Shown here: positions 51,333-64,000 of the stretch, one piece after another
How the letters are laid out: the number at the start of each line of letters is the position of its first letter
Position numbering within the stretch: position 1 is the stretch's first letter
Source: Batkoa obscura
Taxonomy: Eukaryota
Assembly (NCBI GenBank): GCA_030770535.1
Contig: JASVEC010000026.1
Location: 124,001-188,000, forward strand
Reading direction: 5' to 3'
DNA length: 64,000 nucleotides
Notes under the pieces: model-generated
Seen by the model: the letters and a program-made list of their open reading frames with translations, nothing else
Told to the model about the DNA's origin: nothing
Database searches by the model: none
Made by a program: the position numbers and the translations under genes

Positions 51333-54300
51333 TTATCCTTGAGGTTTAATTCTAGTAGTATCATATGATCGAACCACCTCCGTTTGTCCAGATTCGTTTT
51401 GCGAAAATGCAAACCCTCTACCTTTACGCATCCTTTGAATCATACGTACCTTATGTACTGCTTTACGGAATCTTTCCATTCTGGGTCGATAATCCGGTAT
51501 ATTAAATTTCTGAATCTCTTGTACAATATGGTATGATCTAGGGCGCCACATACGTTGGATACTAAATTAAGTTAATAAATTTTGTAAAAAAATCGTAATA
51601 TAAACTTACTATTTCCAGAAATAATCTCTTGATAAACATATGCATGGAATAATAAGAATGGTCATCCAAAAGTATCCAGAACTAAAGATTATAGGTACCA
51701 AGCCATTGTATTCATTAGCCAAGTTAACTCTAGGTGCTACTGACCCATAGATACTAAACACGATAAACCAAATGATTAATGAGCCTGGAATGGCCATGAC
51801 GGTATATTTGGTCCAATTGCTATTTAAATTAATTAGTTATTTAGTTGATAAATAGAAGCTTATAATTACTCTGTTAACAATGCAGCCTTGCAAAGTACTG
51901 TTACCAATACTGTAGAGTAAATAGTAACACCCATGTACTCATATCCTCCCATATAACCAATACCAAAAAGTGGTATACCTGTATTAAAAGAAAGTACAAT
52001 CACGAAAAACAAGATCTAAAACGAATTGATTAGTAAATGGCAAACAATAATGACAATAAATAATACTATTGAATGGATGATAGCATTGATTGTTGATCCC
52101 CAGAACGTTTTAACATTGAAAATTAATTTTTTCTGTCCAATTTTATACATTTCCGGGTAACGATCCAACATCCTAGCTGACACATGTTGATCAAAGATAC
52201 CAATCATTAAAGGTGGAAATACGGTGAATAAAACATTGTAAAATGTACTCGTCCATGATTCATAAACAGTTTGTCCTGAAAAAGCATTGAAAAAGGTAAA
52301 GAAAAATTGGGTCATATTAAGACAAATATTCTTATAAAACGAAAATAAAATAAGTCGACTCAATCGTTGATATGACCATGCTCCATGTACCAATAATAAC
52401 TTTCTAAGGAATCGAAATTGAGAAATAGCAAAATCCGATGATCGAGCTGCTTGAAGTCCTTCCATCCCGTTAATTCCAACACCTACGTGAGCTGCTTGGA
52501 TCATACTCACATCATTAGCACCGTCACCTATAGCTAGGGTAATAGCAGATGATTTTTTTTTTACAAGTTTGACTATCAAAGCTTTTTGCAATGGAGAAAC
52601 ACGACAGCAAATGACAGCTTTGCATTTAGTTGCTAAATCATAAAATAAAGCTTCACATTCATTGCTCAACGCAAAATTAAGCGTTTTTCCATCGATAATA
52701 AGCGCTAGAGATTCAACTCCGGCATCTCTTGCAGTACCACTTTGTAAAGCATCCAATTTTTTTTCAAGTAAATGTCTAAGCCCATCAGAGGTGTCTTCGT
52801 TACAAACAACCAAAGTCATATCCTCCTGTAGTAGTTTACAAGAGAATCCTATATTAATTGCTGTTTCTTGACGATCTCCAGTTAAAACCCAAATCTTGAT
52901 TCCTGCCTGCGCAAGTGTAAAAATTGTTTCGGGTACTCCATCCTGTAATTTATCTTCAATAGCAGTTGCTCCAATCAATATCAAGTCTTTTTCTATTAAC
53001 TCTGCTGCTTTATCTAATTCTTCACCTCGATTATCTAATGTAGTGGCTGCTCTATCGAATACCTTACACCATTCTTGATATTCATCTTCATCAAGTTCGC
53101 GTACTGCCATACATAAAGTTCGTAATCCATCACAAGCATAATCCTCTAACTGTCTTAAAGTAGTATCAATTATCTTTGAAGATGAACTTTCTTTTGCCAA
53201 TCTTTCTAAAATTACGGTATCTGCTCCTTTTACATATAATTTAAGAGTTCCATCCGGACATCTGAAGATAGCTGACATACGCTTACGAGTTGAGTTAAAT
53301 TCACAAACATTTAGAAGTTGATATTCCAACGATTCTCCGTTTCTTTCAATTGTGACTGATTTGGGCCTTCTAGTAGTAAAAACATAACCTAGTGTGGCTG
53401 CTCCTTCAACAAGGGCACCTTCATCTGGAGAAGCTGCTTGATAGATAAAAGCTAAAACAATTAGTTTAACTCTTTAATTTGATTAAAAAACTTACATCCA
53501 TCTGGTTTCTTTTCAGGAATTACAGTATGACAAATAGACAAAAGCACAAAAAAATCGTCAATAAATCTACCTTGAGGGGTATTGTTAACCACTTCTGATT
53601 TTAGCGTTTCAAAATCATGTTTTGTAATGTCTTCATCGTTTCCAAGTTTAATTTTACCAGGTTCTACTTTTTCTACGTAAGGGATGCCATTGATTATACA
53701 CTCTTTAAACTCCATGATATTACATGTTAACGTACCAGTTTTATCCGAAAATATATATTCAATCTATAATTTTTATATTAAAAATGATCTACTGATTATA
53801 AAAAAGCTTACTTGTCCCAACTCTTCAACTAAAGAAGAAGTTCTTGCTAATGCTGGTGTATCTGATTTTGCATAATACATATCTAAATCTGAATTAATAA
53901 GTTCAGACTGTTGAAATTTTACCACTTCAATAGTAACGATAAGTCTAAAAACAGGTTAATAAGAGAATGTGTTTAAAGTATATAAACTTACGAAATGGGA
54001 ATTAAATTATTTAACAAAATAATAAATGTTAAAATATTTCTTCCAAAATTGGTCCAGTTTTGCGAGGCTGTATTTCCTTGAAGTAAATAGCCCATTTGAG
54101 AACTTTTAGTATACTAAAAAAATATTAATTTGAATTTTCTAAATTGAAATTATTTTTCCTACTGCATAGTAAAGGTTCATTGACGAGCAAAATAAAGCCA
54201 TGACCAATAAGATAATAAAAAGATATGCAATTTGAGTGTTTGTCATTCTAACCATATTTGTAATTTTAATAGGAGCTGAAGAAGCATTGCGCATAAGCTT

Positions 54301-55701
54301 AGTGTCATGTCCAGTGAAAATAACAGCTGCATAAACCCAATCTGTATTTCTTAGCATTGCACCCTAAAAAACGGCATTAAAATTAATTAAATCTTTATGT
54401 TATTAATAAATACTCTTAATAAAATTTGAGTAGGGTCTAAAGGTAATTGTTTTTCGGTCCCATTAATATTCATAATTAATGTTCCGGTATAAGTATATAA
54501 ACTATCGTTTGGGCCTTCAGATTTAATCATTCCTATTAAATCTAAATTATATTCTCCAATAATAAACAAATTTAACTACCTTTTAAACTAGCAATTTGGG
54601 CGGGAGAGATTAAATCGGAAGTTTCTGAAAGTGCTTGTTTTACTTTTAAATTTGTTTCACTATTAAAAATTAATTTATAAAAAAACAATTCACATAAAAA
54701 CAAACCCATCTAAATTGGAAGTTTCAATATAACATAGACCTTCCGGTTCAGAACTTGAAAGCAAAAGTAAATCTGAAGGAAAATTTTCAAAATTTTCAAT
54801 CCTAACAATATCGCCCACTTTAATTTCGCTCCATGAGAGCTCTTCAAACACGTCATTCCTTAACACCTTTGTTTTGCGGGAATTGGTTTCATAATCCGAC
54901 TTATGTCTTTTATAATCCTCAATAACTTCTTTAATACCTGTAAAAAATAAGACCACGCACAGCGGCACTATTGTACTGTATTTATTTGTTGGAGAAATAT
55001 CTGGTATTAACTAAACTTTATTTTAATTTTAATTTTAATTTTTAATTTTAATTTTACCTGAATGATTGAAGTAAATAAGAAAAAAATATTAGCATAATTC
55101 GAAAATTGCTCAAATAAAAACTTTGGTAAAAAAGTCAATATATTATACTTTGATGTTGCTATTGAATTCTTCAAAAAACCGCTGTTCATGCTTGTATTAT
55201 TTAAATAAATATCTCTAGGTATACTAGGCCTTGGTCGATTAGCCAAATCCTTTAACGTTTGTATCATACCACTAAACATGCTTTTGCTTGGTTTCTCATT
55301 TTTGTATTCTTGTTCCGTATTGTTAATACCCCTATCATTGATAAGGTTTGTTGCTGACATCTCATATCCTTGATTTTCTACCGAACGTGAATTCCTTGAA
55401 CCATCGGTATTGGTTGTAAACTCAGAAGATATGGAGGGGTGTTTGACGTTTAAATTATTTCTTGCCATATTTCCAGTGTTCGCACTGGAAGCACTCAAGT
55501 CGTCAAAATCAGATTGAAAAGGATTCACTTTGAAAAATTAATGGATTTAAAAGTTAGAGTTGGAATCCTAATATAGCTTAATAGTTCTCAATCCTTTAAA
55601 TTAAAGGGAATGTTAAGCCACTTAAAATAGGTTTTACTTGCTTGTCTACCAAGAAATAATCGTTTGGCGGTTGGGCTTGAGTAGCCAATCATTATAGCCA
55701 T
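51333..55701 (-). CDS. DRS2: P4-type ATPase phospholipid flippase (Drs2/ATP8A)
   Basis: Multi-exon. [85 protein letters not shown] and C-terminal GFAFSQ. The start codon is uncertain. Confidence 0.95.
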
Positions 55702-56511
55702 TTTAAACGATTTTTCTGCATCATAAATAATTTCACCGTACCTTATGTTTTCTAATTTCTTTTTGTTGTCAAATATTAGTAGCAATAACAAAGCATTTTT
55801 TCTATATTTGGTAAACACAATGCTTTTTTATTGATTATGCTTAAAAATATATTAATTTGTTATTTAACCCTCTCAGTTACGAAAATAAATCTGATATTGT
55901 TGGATAAAACCAGATAAAATATGTTTGTTTTTGTTTATTTATTGAAGAATAATAAGTATTATCAAGTAGGTATCGCTCTTGAAGATTACAAAGTTCATTT
56001 GCCTTTGTTTAAATAGAAAAATAATTTTTAGTATTAACAATATATTTGCTATTGGTGTCTAAATTAGATTTTAAATATAATTATAGTAGGATTAAATTAG
56101 AAAGGGTAGAAAAAATCATTCATATTCATAATATATTATAAATCTATAAATTTGTGAGTATTCCCATTATTTATAGTTTCAACAATAATAAAATCTTATA
56201 TAATTTAGATTGTAGCTTAAAAAGGTAACTAATTTTTAAATAATTTTACAAAAAAATTCCTTTTCGCTATGAAAACGGATATCAATATAAAGATAAAAAT
56301 AAGCTATTTTATTTAACAATATAAATCAAGGATTTCGAACTTAATAATAGTGATAAATACTGTGTCTAAGTATATGCTCTAGCATTTACATTATTAAAAA
56401 CAAATTTAATTCTAAATCTTAGAGATTAAAAGTCCCATTTTTAAACTGATCCAAATTAAATAAAAAATTATAGCAGGGTTTATAATTTACAAGATTGTTT
56501 TAATATAAAAA

Positions 56512-56905
56512 ATGAGTTTATTTAAACACAGTCTCTATAGAGTGAAAACAACAGAAATAACAAGGGGGGTATTTAATTTAAGAAGGTTACAAAGTAATAA
56601 AGCTGAGTCCACTACAAATGAAGGTAATTTTATACTAATTAGATAATAATTAATTAGATAATTAATATTTAATAGAAAAAAATGTCAGACCAGCATCTTC
56701 AGTGCCACATGGAACCGTACTCAAAGGAATAAATTTTATGAAAGGAAAGAGTGATCCTATGGCTAAGGAGGATAGTGAGTATCCAGAATGGTTATGGACA
56801 CTTTTAGATGCTAAAGTTAAAAATGACGATGTCTTTTCAAGAGAATATCAACGTAAAGTTAATAAGGATGCTATTAAGGCTAAGAACTTTTTAAAGAAAC
56901 GTTAA
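56512..56905 (+). CDS. MRPL37: Mitochondrial ribosomal protein mL54 (yeast MRPL37 family)
   Basis: A presequence-like exon 1, one intron, then GTVLKGINFMKGKSDPMAKEDSEYPEWLW. Confidence 0.88.
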
Positions 56906-57071
56906 TAGTATTTATGAAAAAGAAAAAGAATAAAGTTTTTATTAGAATTAAATTTAAATTTCATTAAATGTTTTAAAACAGTTATAGATTTCAACAAGTT
57001 ATTACAATCTTTATTTAAATAAACCACGCTACTCATTCAATTTAAATATTAAAATAATTAGCATTAACCCA

Positions 57072-57442
57072 TCAATCTTTAACCTCCTCTTGATCAAATA
57101 ACATTTTAGCTCTACTGATCACCTCATTCATGTACAATAGCTCCTCAATACGTGCCAATTTTTTATCGTCATTATTCAAGGCTTTTTTAAAGTCATCCAA
57201 TTTTAAGCGTCTATTTTCTTTGTTTGAAAAGTCACACGCTTTGGAGCACACATCGAATAAAAAATCCATTAATATCCCTTCCATCACTTCTACACTTTCT
57301 TGTAATGGGTATTCTACATCTCCGCCACCATACATCAGAGTGGGTACTAAAGAAATAAATCTTAGTATGCGGTTATTTTTATATTGAATAGTTAATTACT
57401 TTCTTTTCCAAAATGTAATCTTTTTGGTTGTCGATTGTCCAT
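57072..57442 (-). CDS. TAF13: TFIID subunit TAF13 (histone fold)
   Basis: MDNRQPKRLHFGKE|IPTLMYGGGDVEYPLQESVEVMEGILMDFL...LDDFKKALNNDDKKLARIEELLYMNEVISRAK. Confidence 0.88.
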
Positions 57443-57649
57443 TAGTTTTTTGATTAAAAAATTAAAGTTTGGAAGATTTTATACTTTTTTTAATTATGAG
57501 AATGTTTTTTTGTCACTAATGAATATAGATTCAATTTGTAAATTTAATCAGGATAGAAATTTAATCTCAAGTAATAAGGGTTTGAAAATTATTTTAAAAA
57601 AATAAAGGCAAGAAATATTTATTATTAAAAATTGTAAATATTAATAAAA

Positions 57650-58720
57650 TTCCCACGAGTTTATCCATGTTGGCATTAGAACCTTTCTTGATACATTATG
57701 AAGTGTCTCATATGCACTTGGTATAACCAATATAATAAAGAATAAAGAAGTAGTTAGCTTATAGTTTATACTTGAATCACTAATATTTAATTCTTTAAGA
57801 TTTAAAAAAGATAGAAAAAGCGAAAGAATTGTTTAAGAGCGGCATCTAATGTATCCGTATGAATCTTGTTGATATGCTTACATTGAATTAATTTGCTTTC
57901 TTCTGTATGCAAATCACTATTTAAAATAATACCGTCAAGTATCTCACTAATAAAATTTAAATTTAAAAAATGAATACTTTGAATGTCTAATACTAAGGAA
58001 ATCGAACTTAATAATTTTTTTGTTAAATTATTAGTATATATTTCTTTTGGAGTTGATGATTTAAAGAAACCAAAGCTAAATGTAGTAAATATTGGATCAA
58101 AACAATCTAAAACAGCGATATTACTATCTTCGATTAACTTTATGTTATTTTGTTTAGAAGTAATAGTGAAATAAGGGCTATTATAGTTTAACAACTCAAT
58201 ACTTTTCAATTTTTTAAATTGTCAAAGTATTTAATATCAAAGTTAGGAAACCCCTTAATTCTAAACTGAGTTAAGGTCAAAGTTGATATTGAGACTCATT
58301 TTAGTAAAATTACAATCGTCAGGTTTTAAATCTGATACTTTTAGCTTACTAAAATCTGCTTTGATAGTATCCAGAGTCCCCATTGAAGTTTAAGCCAGCA
58401 TAGCCATTTATTGTCAATACTTTTAGCTTGTATGAGTTTAAATAATTAATAGCATCTTGGATAATCACATCATCTGCACCAATTTTAAATGGTTGAAGCT
58501 GGTTTAAATAACTTCCAGATAATTGTAAGAATTGAAATTTTATCTAACCATTATTATACTACATTAAATACAGTATTTATATTCACAAAACATGTTATGT
58601 CTTATCATATTGTTTACCTGTTCTAAAGCTTGAAACTTTTATAATATTTCAAGCATCCTTCCTATTTCAAACACTGACAATGCTTGTTCATTATACTTAC
58701 CAGATTCTTTTGTATAAATT
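57650..58720 (-). pseudogene. Decayed Leu-rich (F-box/LRR-like) coding remnant
   Basis: ORF fragment 57802..58209 plus adjacent stop-broken frames with LxxLxL periodicity. No intact gene model. Confidence 0.35.
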
Positions 58721-58944
58721 TGAATTTTCTCTGAAATAAAGCGTTTAGTGGATGATTAGTTTAGTCCAAACTAAAATAAATTATTTTCGACTATTTGACC
58801 ATAAAGCAATATACATTTTTAGTATTATTTTAAATTGTACTTTATAAAAATACGATAAATAACCAAAATTTATAAAAAAATTATACAGCTCTTTCCCTCC
58901 CTTTTAACTTTACTTTAATATACCAATAAAATTTAATTTTCTAC

Positions 58945-59760
58945 TAGAAATTGGGTTAGAGGAGATGTTCAAGTTAATAGACCCAAATGAATTGTCTGAG
59001 TTACGCTTTTTGAGAAAATGTTTGTTTAATGTTGTAAATAAAAAGATTAAATACAATTCAACCTATTCAATTTGTAACCAGGAAAAGTCAAACTAATGAA
59101 GAGTGCCAAAACAATTTTATAAGCAAAAACGGGATATTAATGAAGTATATAAATTTATACGAGGATTATATCAAATATTTAAATTACTGCCCAAATGTAG
59201 TATCTATATTTTATATAAATATAACTGAAAGGTATAATACTATTTATGATGATTGCTTTTATTATACTGATGCTTACAGTGAAATGGAAAACTTTATTGA
59301 ATTACCAAAATTAAAAAAGATAATAATAGATTCTTTGAATTGTAAAAAACCTTTGGGGCTGTTCAAGAAGGATTTGTATCAAATCGAAGTATTGGATACA
59401 TTTAATATTAAAATTATAACTATCGAAAATATCATTGAATATTTAAATTCATATAAATTGAATGTACTTGAATTACACAAAAAAAAATACATGGGGATGT
59501 ATTTTTTTGTTTAAGAATTTTACTAACAATCTTCCCACTCAAATAGCGCTTAAAAAATGGAAAAAGTGATGAAACTATAAAAAACATCCCCATATATATA
59601 TCTTAAAGTATTAGAAATTACTAAAACATAATTCAAGGAATTGGAAGCACTATCTTTAGAGGCGATTGAGTTTCACATTCATGGTGTTAATCCCGATATA
59701 GATTTTCATTCCACCTTAAAAGCTGATCGTATAATATACGAGGATGTGTATGAGAACTAG
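58945..59760 (+). pseudogene. Decayed F-box/LRR-like gene interrupted by a MITE
   Basis: LEIGLEEMFKLIDPNELSELRFLRK resembles an F-box. ORF 59140..59514 (YCPNV, LPKLKKI, LNVLEL) runs into the MITE at 59493. Multiple stops. Confidence 0.5.
59493..59591 (-). mobile_element. ~97-bp MITE (Sola-like family)
   Basis: GGGGATGTATTTTTTG...AAAAAACATCCCC with flanks ACAT/ATAT. Confidence 0.92.
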
Positions 59761-60448
59761 GTTGGTGATTTTGATATATTACATCAATTTGAAGTTTCGT
59801 ATTGTTAGGGTTTTTGTTTTGTTATTGTCAATAAGCAAGGTATAAAAGCTAAACCAAGATAAATTTTATTGTCTTATGATTTTTTCGGGTTTTTTATCCT
59901 GACATTAATAAAAAAATTCAATAAACATGATACGGATAGTAATAATTCTTGTATAAGGATTCTACAATTTAACTATATAAGTTCATCCAATATAAAGTTT
60001 ATTTCCCATAGAGTTATACACCACTATTGCACTTTATTTTTTTAAACCTCGAAATAATTAAGAGCATATTAGTTAAACAATTACAGATACAAATACTAAT
60101 TAAAAACTTATCAATTTTAATTATGTACTGTATCTAGTTGGGACTGATGGGTATATAATGTCTTATAATAAATGAGTGAAACTATGTAACAGCATTATTT
60201 ACCAAATATGATATTGTTAACTATTATTCTTTTAATTGTACTTTAAAGGTCAGCGTAATGATAGATAGTTTGTATAAAAATAAGAATAAAGTCAACGATT
60301 CAAAATGTTATCAGTATAGTTTACGAAAATACAAAAAACAGAAGACAGTTGAAAACAATGCTCTAGTAATGTATAAATATTTAATATATCATGGCTAAAG
60401 ACCATCAATTAAGTTTATTAACTGTTTAAACATATAAAGGAAAAGTTC

Positions 60449-61879
60449 CTAAACGTTACTCATTTTAATGAGAGAATCATTTTCTACGAAAATAGGCGAT
60501 ATGTTTCTGGATCTGTAACGTCACCATCAGTATAAGTTGCTTGTGTTCCAAATGAGTCAAAAAAACTTGCCTCGATCGTTGACCTTTCTTTTTCAGCCCA
60601 TACTGTTTCTTTGATATATTTAGGTGTACCTAATTCTTCTTTCTTTCTCATTTTATTTCTTTTAAAATAAACGTAAAAGATCCCTCCAAAGATTACCGTT
60701 AAGCTTATAGTGCCATCAACTGATCTCCCAATAATAGCCCCAGTGTTTGTCTTTAAGTCTTTATCTGATAATTTCGGGGTTTCTTTGGTGAATTTATCAG
60801 CTAACGATTTACTACTTAACCGAATTAGTTGCGCTTTGTTTGAATAGTTGTCTTTTTTACTACCAAATGAATAAATTAAATACTTCTCATAATAATTTAG
60901 ACAACCATCGTCATAAGATTCTAACCCATTTACCTCAAACTCATCGTTCATTTTCATTGTTGTAGTTATCATATTATAGACAACATTTTATTCTTTTTTA
61001 CCAATACCTCCTAAAAAAATATAGCCTTTCATTATTCTCGCCATAAACAGTTGAGAATTTAGACACGGGCGGAAACTTGTTACCCGAAGTAAATGAACTT
61101 ATACTGTTTGGATCTTCTGTTAGCCATGTATTATAATCGTTTTCATTCTGGTATTTCCCATCGCTTGTTGTACCACGAAAATTCCTAATAGACAATTTCA
61201 GGTATATTACAGCGCCATCAACAGTAGTTGGGTAGCTGAAACGCCCTACCTTCCAAGTACCGGTTTTGATATCATAAGCACACATATATGTATTGTATTC
61301 TATACTATTGTCTTTTGTCTTATATTTGTCACCAAAGCAGTATAATTTCATTTGAAGTGCATCATTATGATTAAGACTAGGATTAATTAAATAGGCGTTT
61401 AATAAAGCTGGATTAATAACAGTTTCCTTTTGCTTGGACTGACCATAAAGCGATTTCAGTGCCTTTTCGTTATTCCTCCATTTATTTGTTTTTGTATTGT
61501 ATATTTGAAACCCTGCTAAAACATCCGAATTTTTACTTCTAATCATATAAATTTCATCTGAGTCTTTGTCAGGTTGTATTATACTACCATACATTGAAGG
61601 AGGTCCTTCGCTATTAACTTTGGTCCATTTTGCTTGATTCTTACCAATCATAAAATCTTCATCTGATAAATCTAATATGTATACATTTTTATTTAATACT
61701 ATCTTATTGGCGCTATCCTAAGTTGAGCCTCCCAAATAATAAACCTTATCTTTAATTAAAATACAACTTCCACTAGATAACTTTGTAACATTTTGAGCTA
61801 TACATGCATTAAAGAACAAGTATACTAATAAAACCAAAATAAATATATAATACTATAATATTATATATTTAGGAGACAT
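60449..61879 (-). pseudogene. Kelch-TM family pseudogene
   Basis: Full-length homology to 36097-37497, with in-frame TAGs near the 5' end (e.g. GGST*DS), frameshifts near ~61010 and ~60500, and eroded GG motifs and PPxY (TPKY). Confidence 0.85.
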
Positions 61880-62990
61880 TGCTTTGATCCCAAGGTACAG
61901 TTTCAAATTTGAAGAATAATTCCAGTCGTAACTTTAATCTTGAATTGCCCAGTTATGGTCTAGTTCCACTATTTCGTTCCACGTTTATTCTTATATATCT
62001 ATCAGGGCTGTAATCATACAAATATTTAACGTATTCATGTAAAAGTTACAACTAGATGACTCTAGTATTATAATGTTTGCTAAATAATGAAATCTAAAAC
62101 AATGGTATTTCTTATTTGAGAAAATCGATCAGTTAGTAAAACTAGTTTATCATATTTGATATTCTTTGTTGTTAACTAGCTAATACTATAGTTTTATCTG
62201 ATATAAAATATCAAAATATACTAGTTAAACCGAAAATGTACGGAACTCTTGGAATAACCTTAAAAGCAAACCAATAACTTAACACAAAGGCTGATTTATA
62301 ATATTAGTAAGGGCCATAAAGCTATACAATAGTCACAACATAGCTGGTTAGGAGTTAGTTAGACACATTTTAAAGGACTGTTTAAGACCGATTTATTAGA
62401 AAATATGTTGAATTTATATACCAAAAGGTCAACTTAATATTTTGAAGCATATTTACTACTGAAAATTGGACTATAGAATCGATTTCTTTGTAAAAGTCCC
62501 AGGTTTAAAAGCAAATCCATCAGGCATCTTTAAAGTTGATCCAAGTTCTCATAGCTCACAACAATACAATTTCCTTTCTAAATAAATGGTATTGTTATCA
62601 AAATAAAGCTCTTCCGCTTAGGGCAAGTAAGGAAAGTATAGTATGAACCAGGTTTATTTTGGATGCAAAACTTTTACAACAAAGTTATTTTTTTCTATAA
62701 TTTGATAATTGTAGTCGAAAGCTAGATCTAAAATGCTATTTTTGACTGATTTCAAGTAGTAGCAGTAATAAAGATTAATAACTAAATTTAATATTTTAAA
62801 TTTCTTCATTATTACATAAAGCCCTAGTATTTTACATTACACTTTCAACGTAAAATTCAGTATTTTACTAACTGTATTATCACACCTTAGTTCAGACATT
62901 CTGTATTTATTTATTACCAATTCATATTAGAAAAAAATGTGTGTCATTATCACAAAATGTTTTATTAATTAAAAGAAACTGCATATAAAT

Positions 62991-64000
62991 TCAATAACTC
63001 CTTTTCAAAAATGAGTTACTGCTTGTTAAAAATAGAGATACGTTTTCTGGATCCGTAACGTCATCGTCAATATAAGTCAACTGCGTTCCAAATGAATCGA
63101 TGAAGCTTGTTTCCAGCATGGTACTTTTTTTTCCTGCCCATACTACTTGTTTGATATATTTAGGTGGCCTTAACTGTTTTTTCCTCCTGCTTTTTTTCCT
63201 TAGATAATAAAAATATAATAATCCACTAACTATACCTATCAACCCTATAAAACCACCGACTGATCCTCCAATGATAACTCCAATGTTTGTCTTTGTGTCT
63301 TTGTCTGGAGCATCTTTTATATACTTTTCTGTCAACTCTTTATTGCTTAACCGAATCAATTGTGTTTTATTAGAATAGTTGTCTTTTTTATTACCAAAAG
63401 AATAAATCAAATACTTTTTATAATAAACTAAACAGCCATTGTCGTAAGATTCCAATCCATCTATATTAAATTGATTGTCAATTCTTATAGTTAAAGTTGT
63501 CATATTATAAACAACATTTCCGTTCTTGCTATCAGTACCACCTAGTACGTATAACATTTCATTATTCTCTCCATAAACAGTTGAAAATTTAGACATAGCT
63601 GGAAAATTATTAGTTCCACTAAATGTATTTGGGCTACTACTTTTAGCGTCTATTGACCATGTGTTATAACTTTTTCCGTCTTGATATTTCCCCTTGCTTG
63701 TTGTACCGCCAAAGTTTTGAATAGATGACTTTAAACATACTGCTGCACCATCTACAGTAGCTGAATAAGATGTATCACTAGCTCTCCAAGCATCTTTTTC
63801 AATATTATAAATGTATATATTCTCGTTAAACTTCATAGTATTATCCTTTGATTTGTATTTACCGCTAAAATAATATAGTTCCTTTGTATTACCATTTTCA
63901 TTCGAAGTCGTAACATTAATCAAATAAGTGTTTGATAATGGCGCATTACTAACATTAATCTTGTTTTTAATTTGCTCTGAAAGTTCTTTTGATGCCTTTT
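62991..64000 (-). CDS. Kelch-TM family protein; 5' part lies beyond the window end
   Basis: Open frame to the window edge. NFGG and YVLGG motifs, TM IGVIIGGSVGGFIGLIGIVSGLLYFYYL, PPKY and the DSFGTQ...DDDVTDPEN tail. Confidence 0.85.
   Translation of the reverse strand, partial: KASKELSEQIKNKINVSNAPLSNTYLINVTTSNENGNTKELYYFSGKYKSKDNTMKFNENIYIYNIEKDAWRASDTSYSATVDGAAVCLKSSIQNFGGTTSKGKYQDGKSYNTWSIDAKSSSPNTFSGTNNFPAMSKFSTVYGENNEMLYVLGGTDSKNGNVVYNMTTLTIRIDNQFNIDGLESYDNGCLVYYKKYLIYSFGNKKDNYSNKTQLIRLSNKELTEKYIKDAPDKDTKTNIGVIIGGSVGGFIGLIGIVSGLLYFYYLRKKSRRKKQLRPPKYIKQVVWAGKKSTMLETSFIDSFGTQLTYIDDDVTDPENVSLFLTSSNSFLKRSY

Noticed and set aside
922..59591. Repeated ~97-bp units as a CRISPR array or bacterial REP-like repeats
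   Set aside because: The units are dispersed, in both orientations, with TIRs and TSDs, in an intron-containing eukaryotic context and without cas genes.

Overview
Very AT-rich eukaryotic DNA with short (about 40-110 nt) spliceosomal introns. The gene content is fungal; an early-diverging, Entomophthorales/Conidiobolus-like lineage is my inference. Conserved genes: DcpS, ceramide glucosyltransferase, TenA/thiaminase II, RRP40, class I CPD photolyase, the P4-ATPase flippase DRS2, mitoribosomal mL54 and TAF13. Lineage-expanded families: four signal-peptide/Kelch-propeller genes (two membrane-anchored with a PPxY tail, one lacking the TM, one pseudogene), two Zn2Cys6 transcription factors, two cAMP-receptor-like 7TM GPCRs flanking the photolyase, a GPI-anchored Cys-rich protein with its broken tandem copy, and decayed F-box/LRR-like sequences. 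The main unannotated structure is a layered transposon system: a degenerate Sola2-like DDD transposase element, 12 copies of a ~97-bp GGGG...CCCC MITE with 4-bp TSDs, four solo LTRs (two nested in Sola-family DNA) and one mariner-type MITE. No tRNA, rRNA or CRISPR was seen. All exon boundaries and family calls were made by eye.
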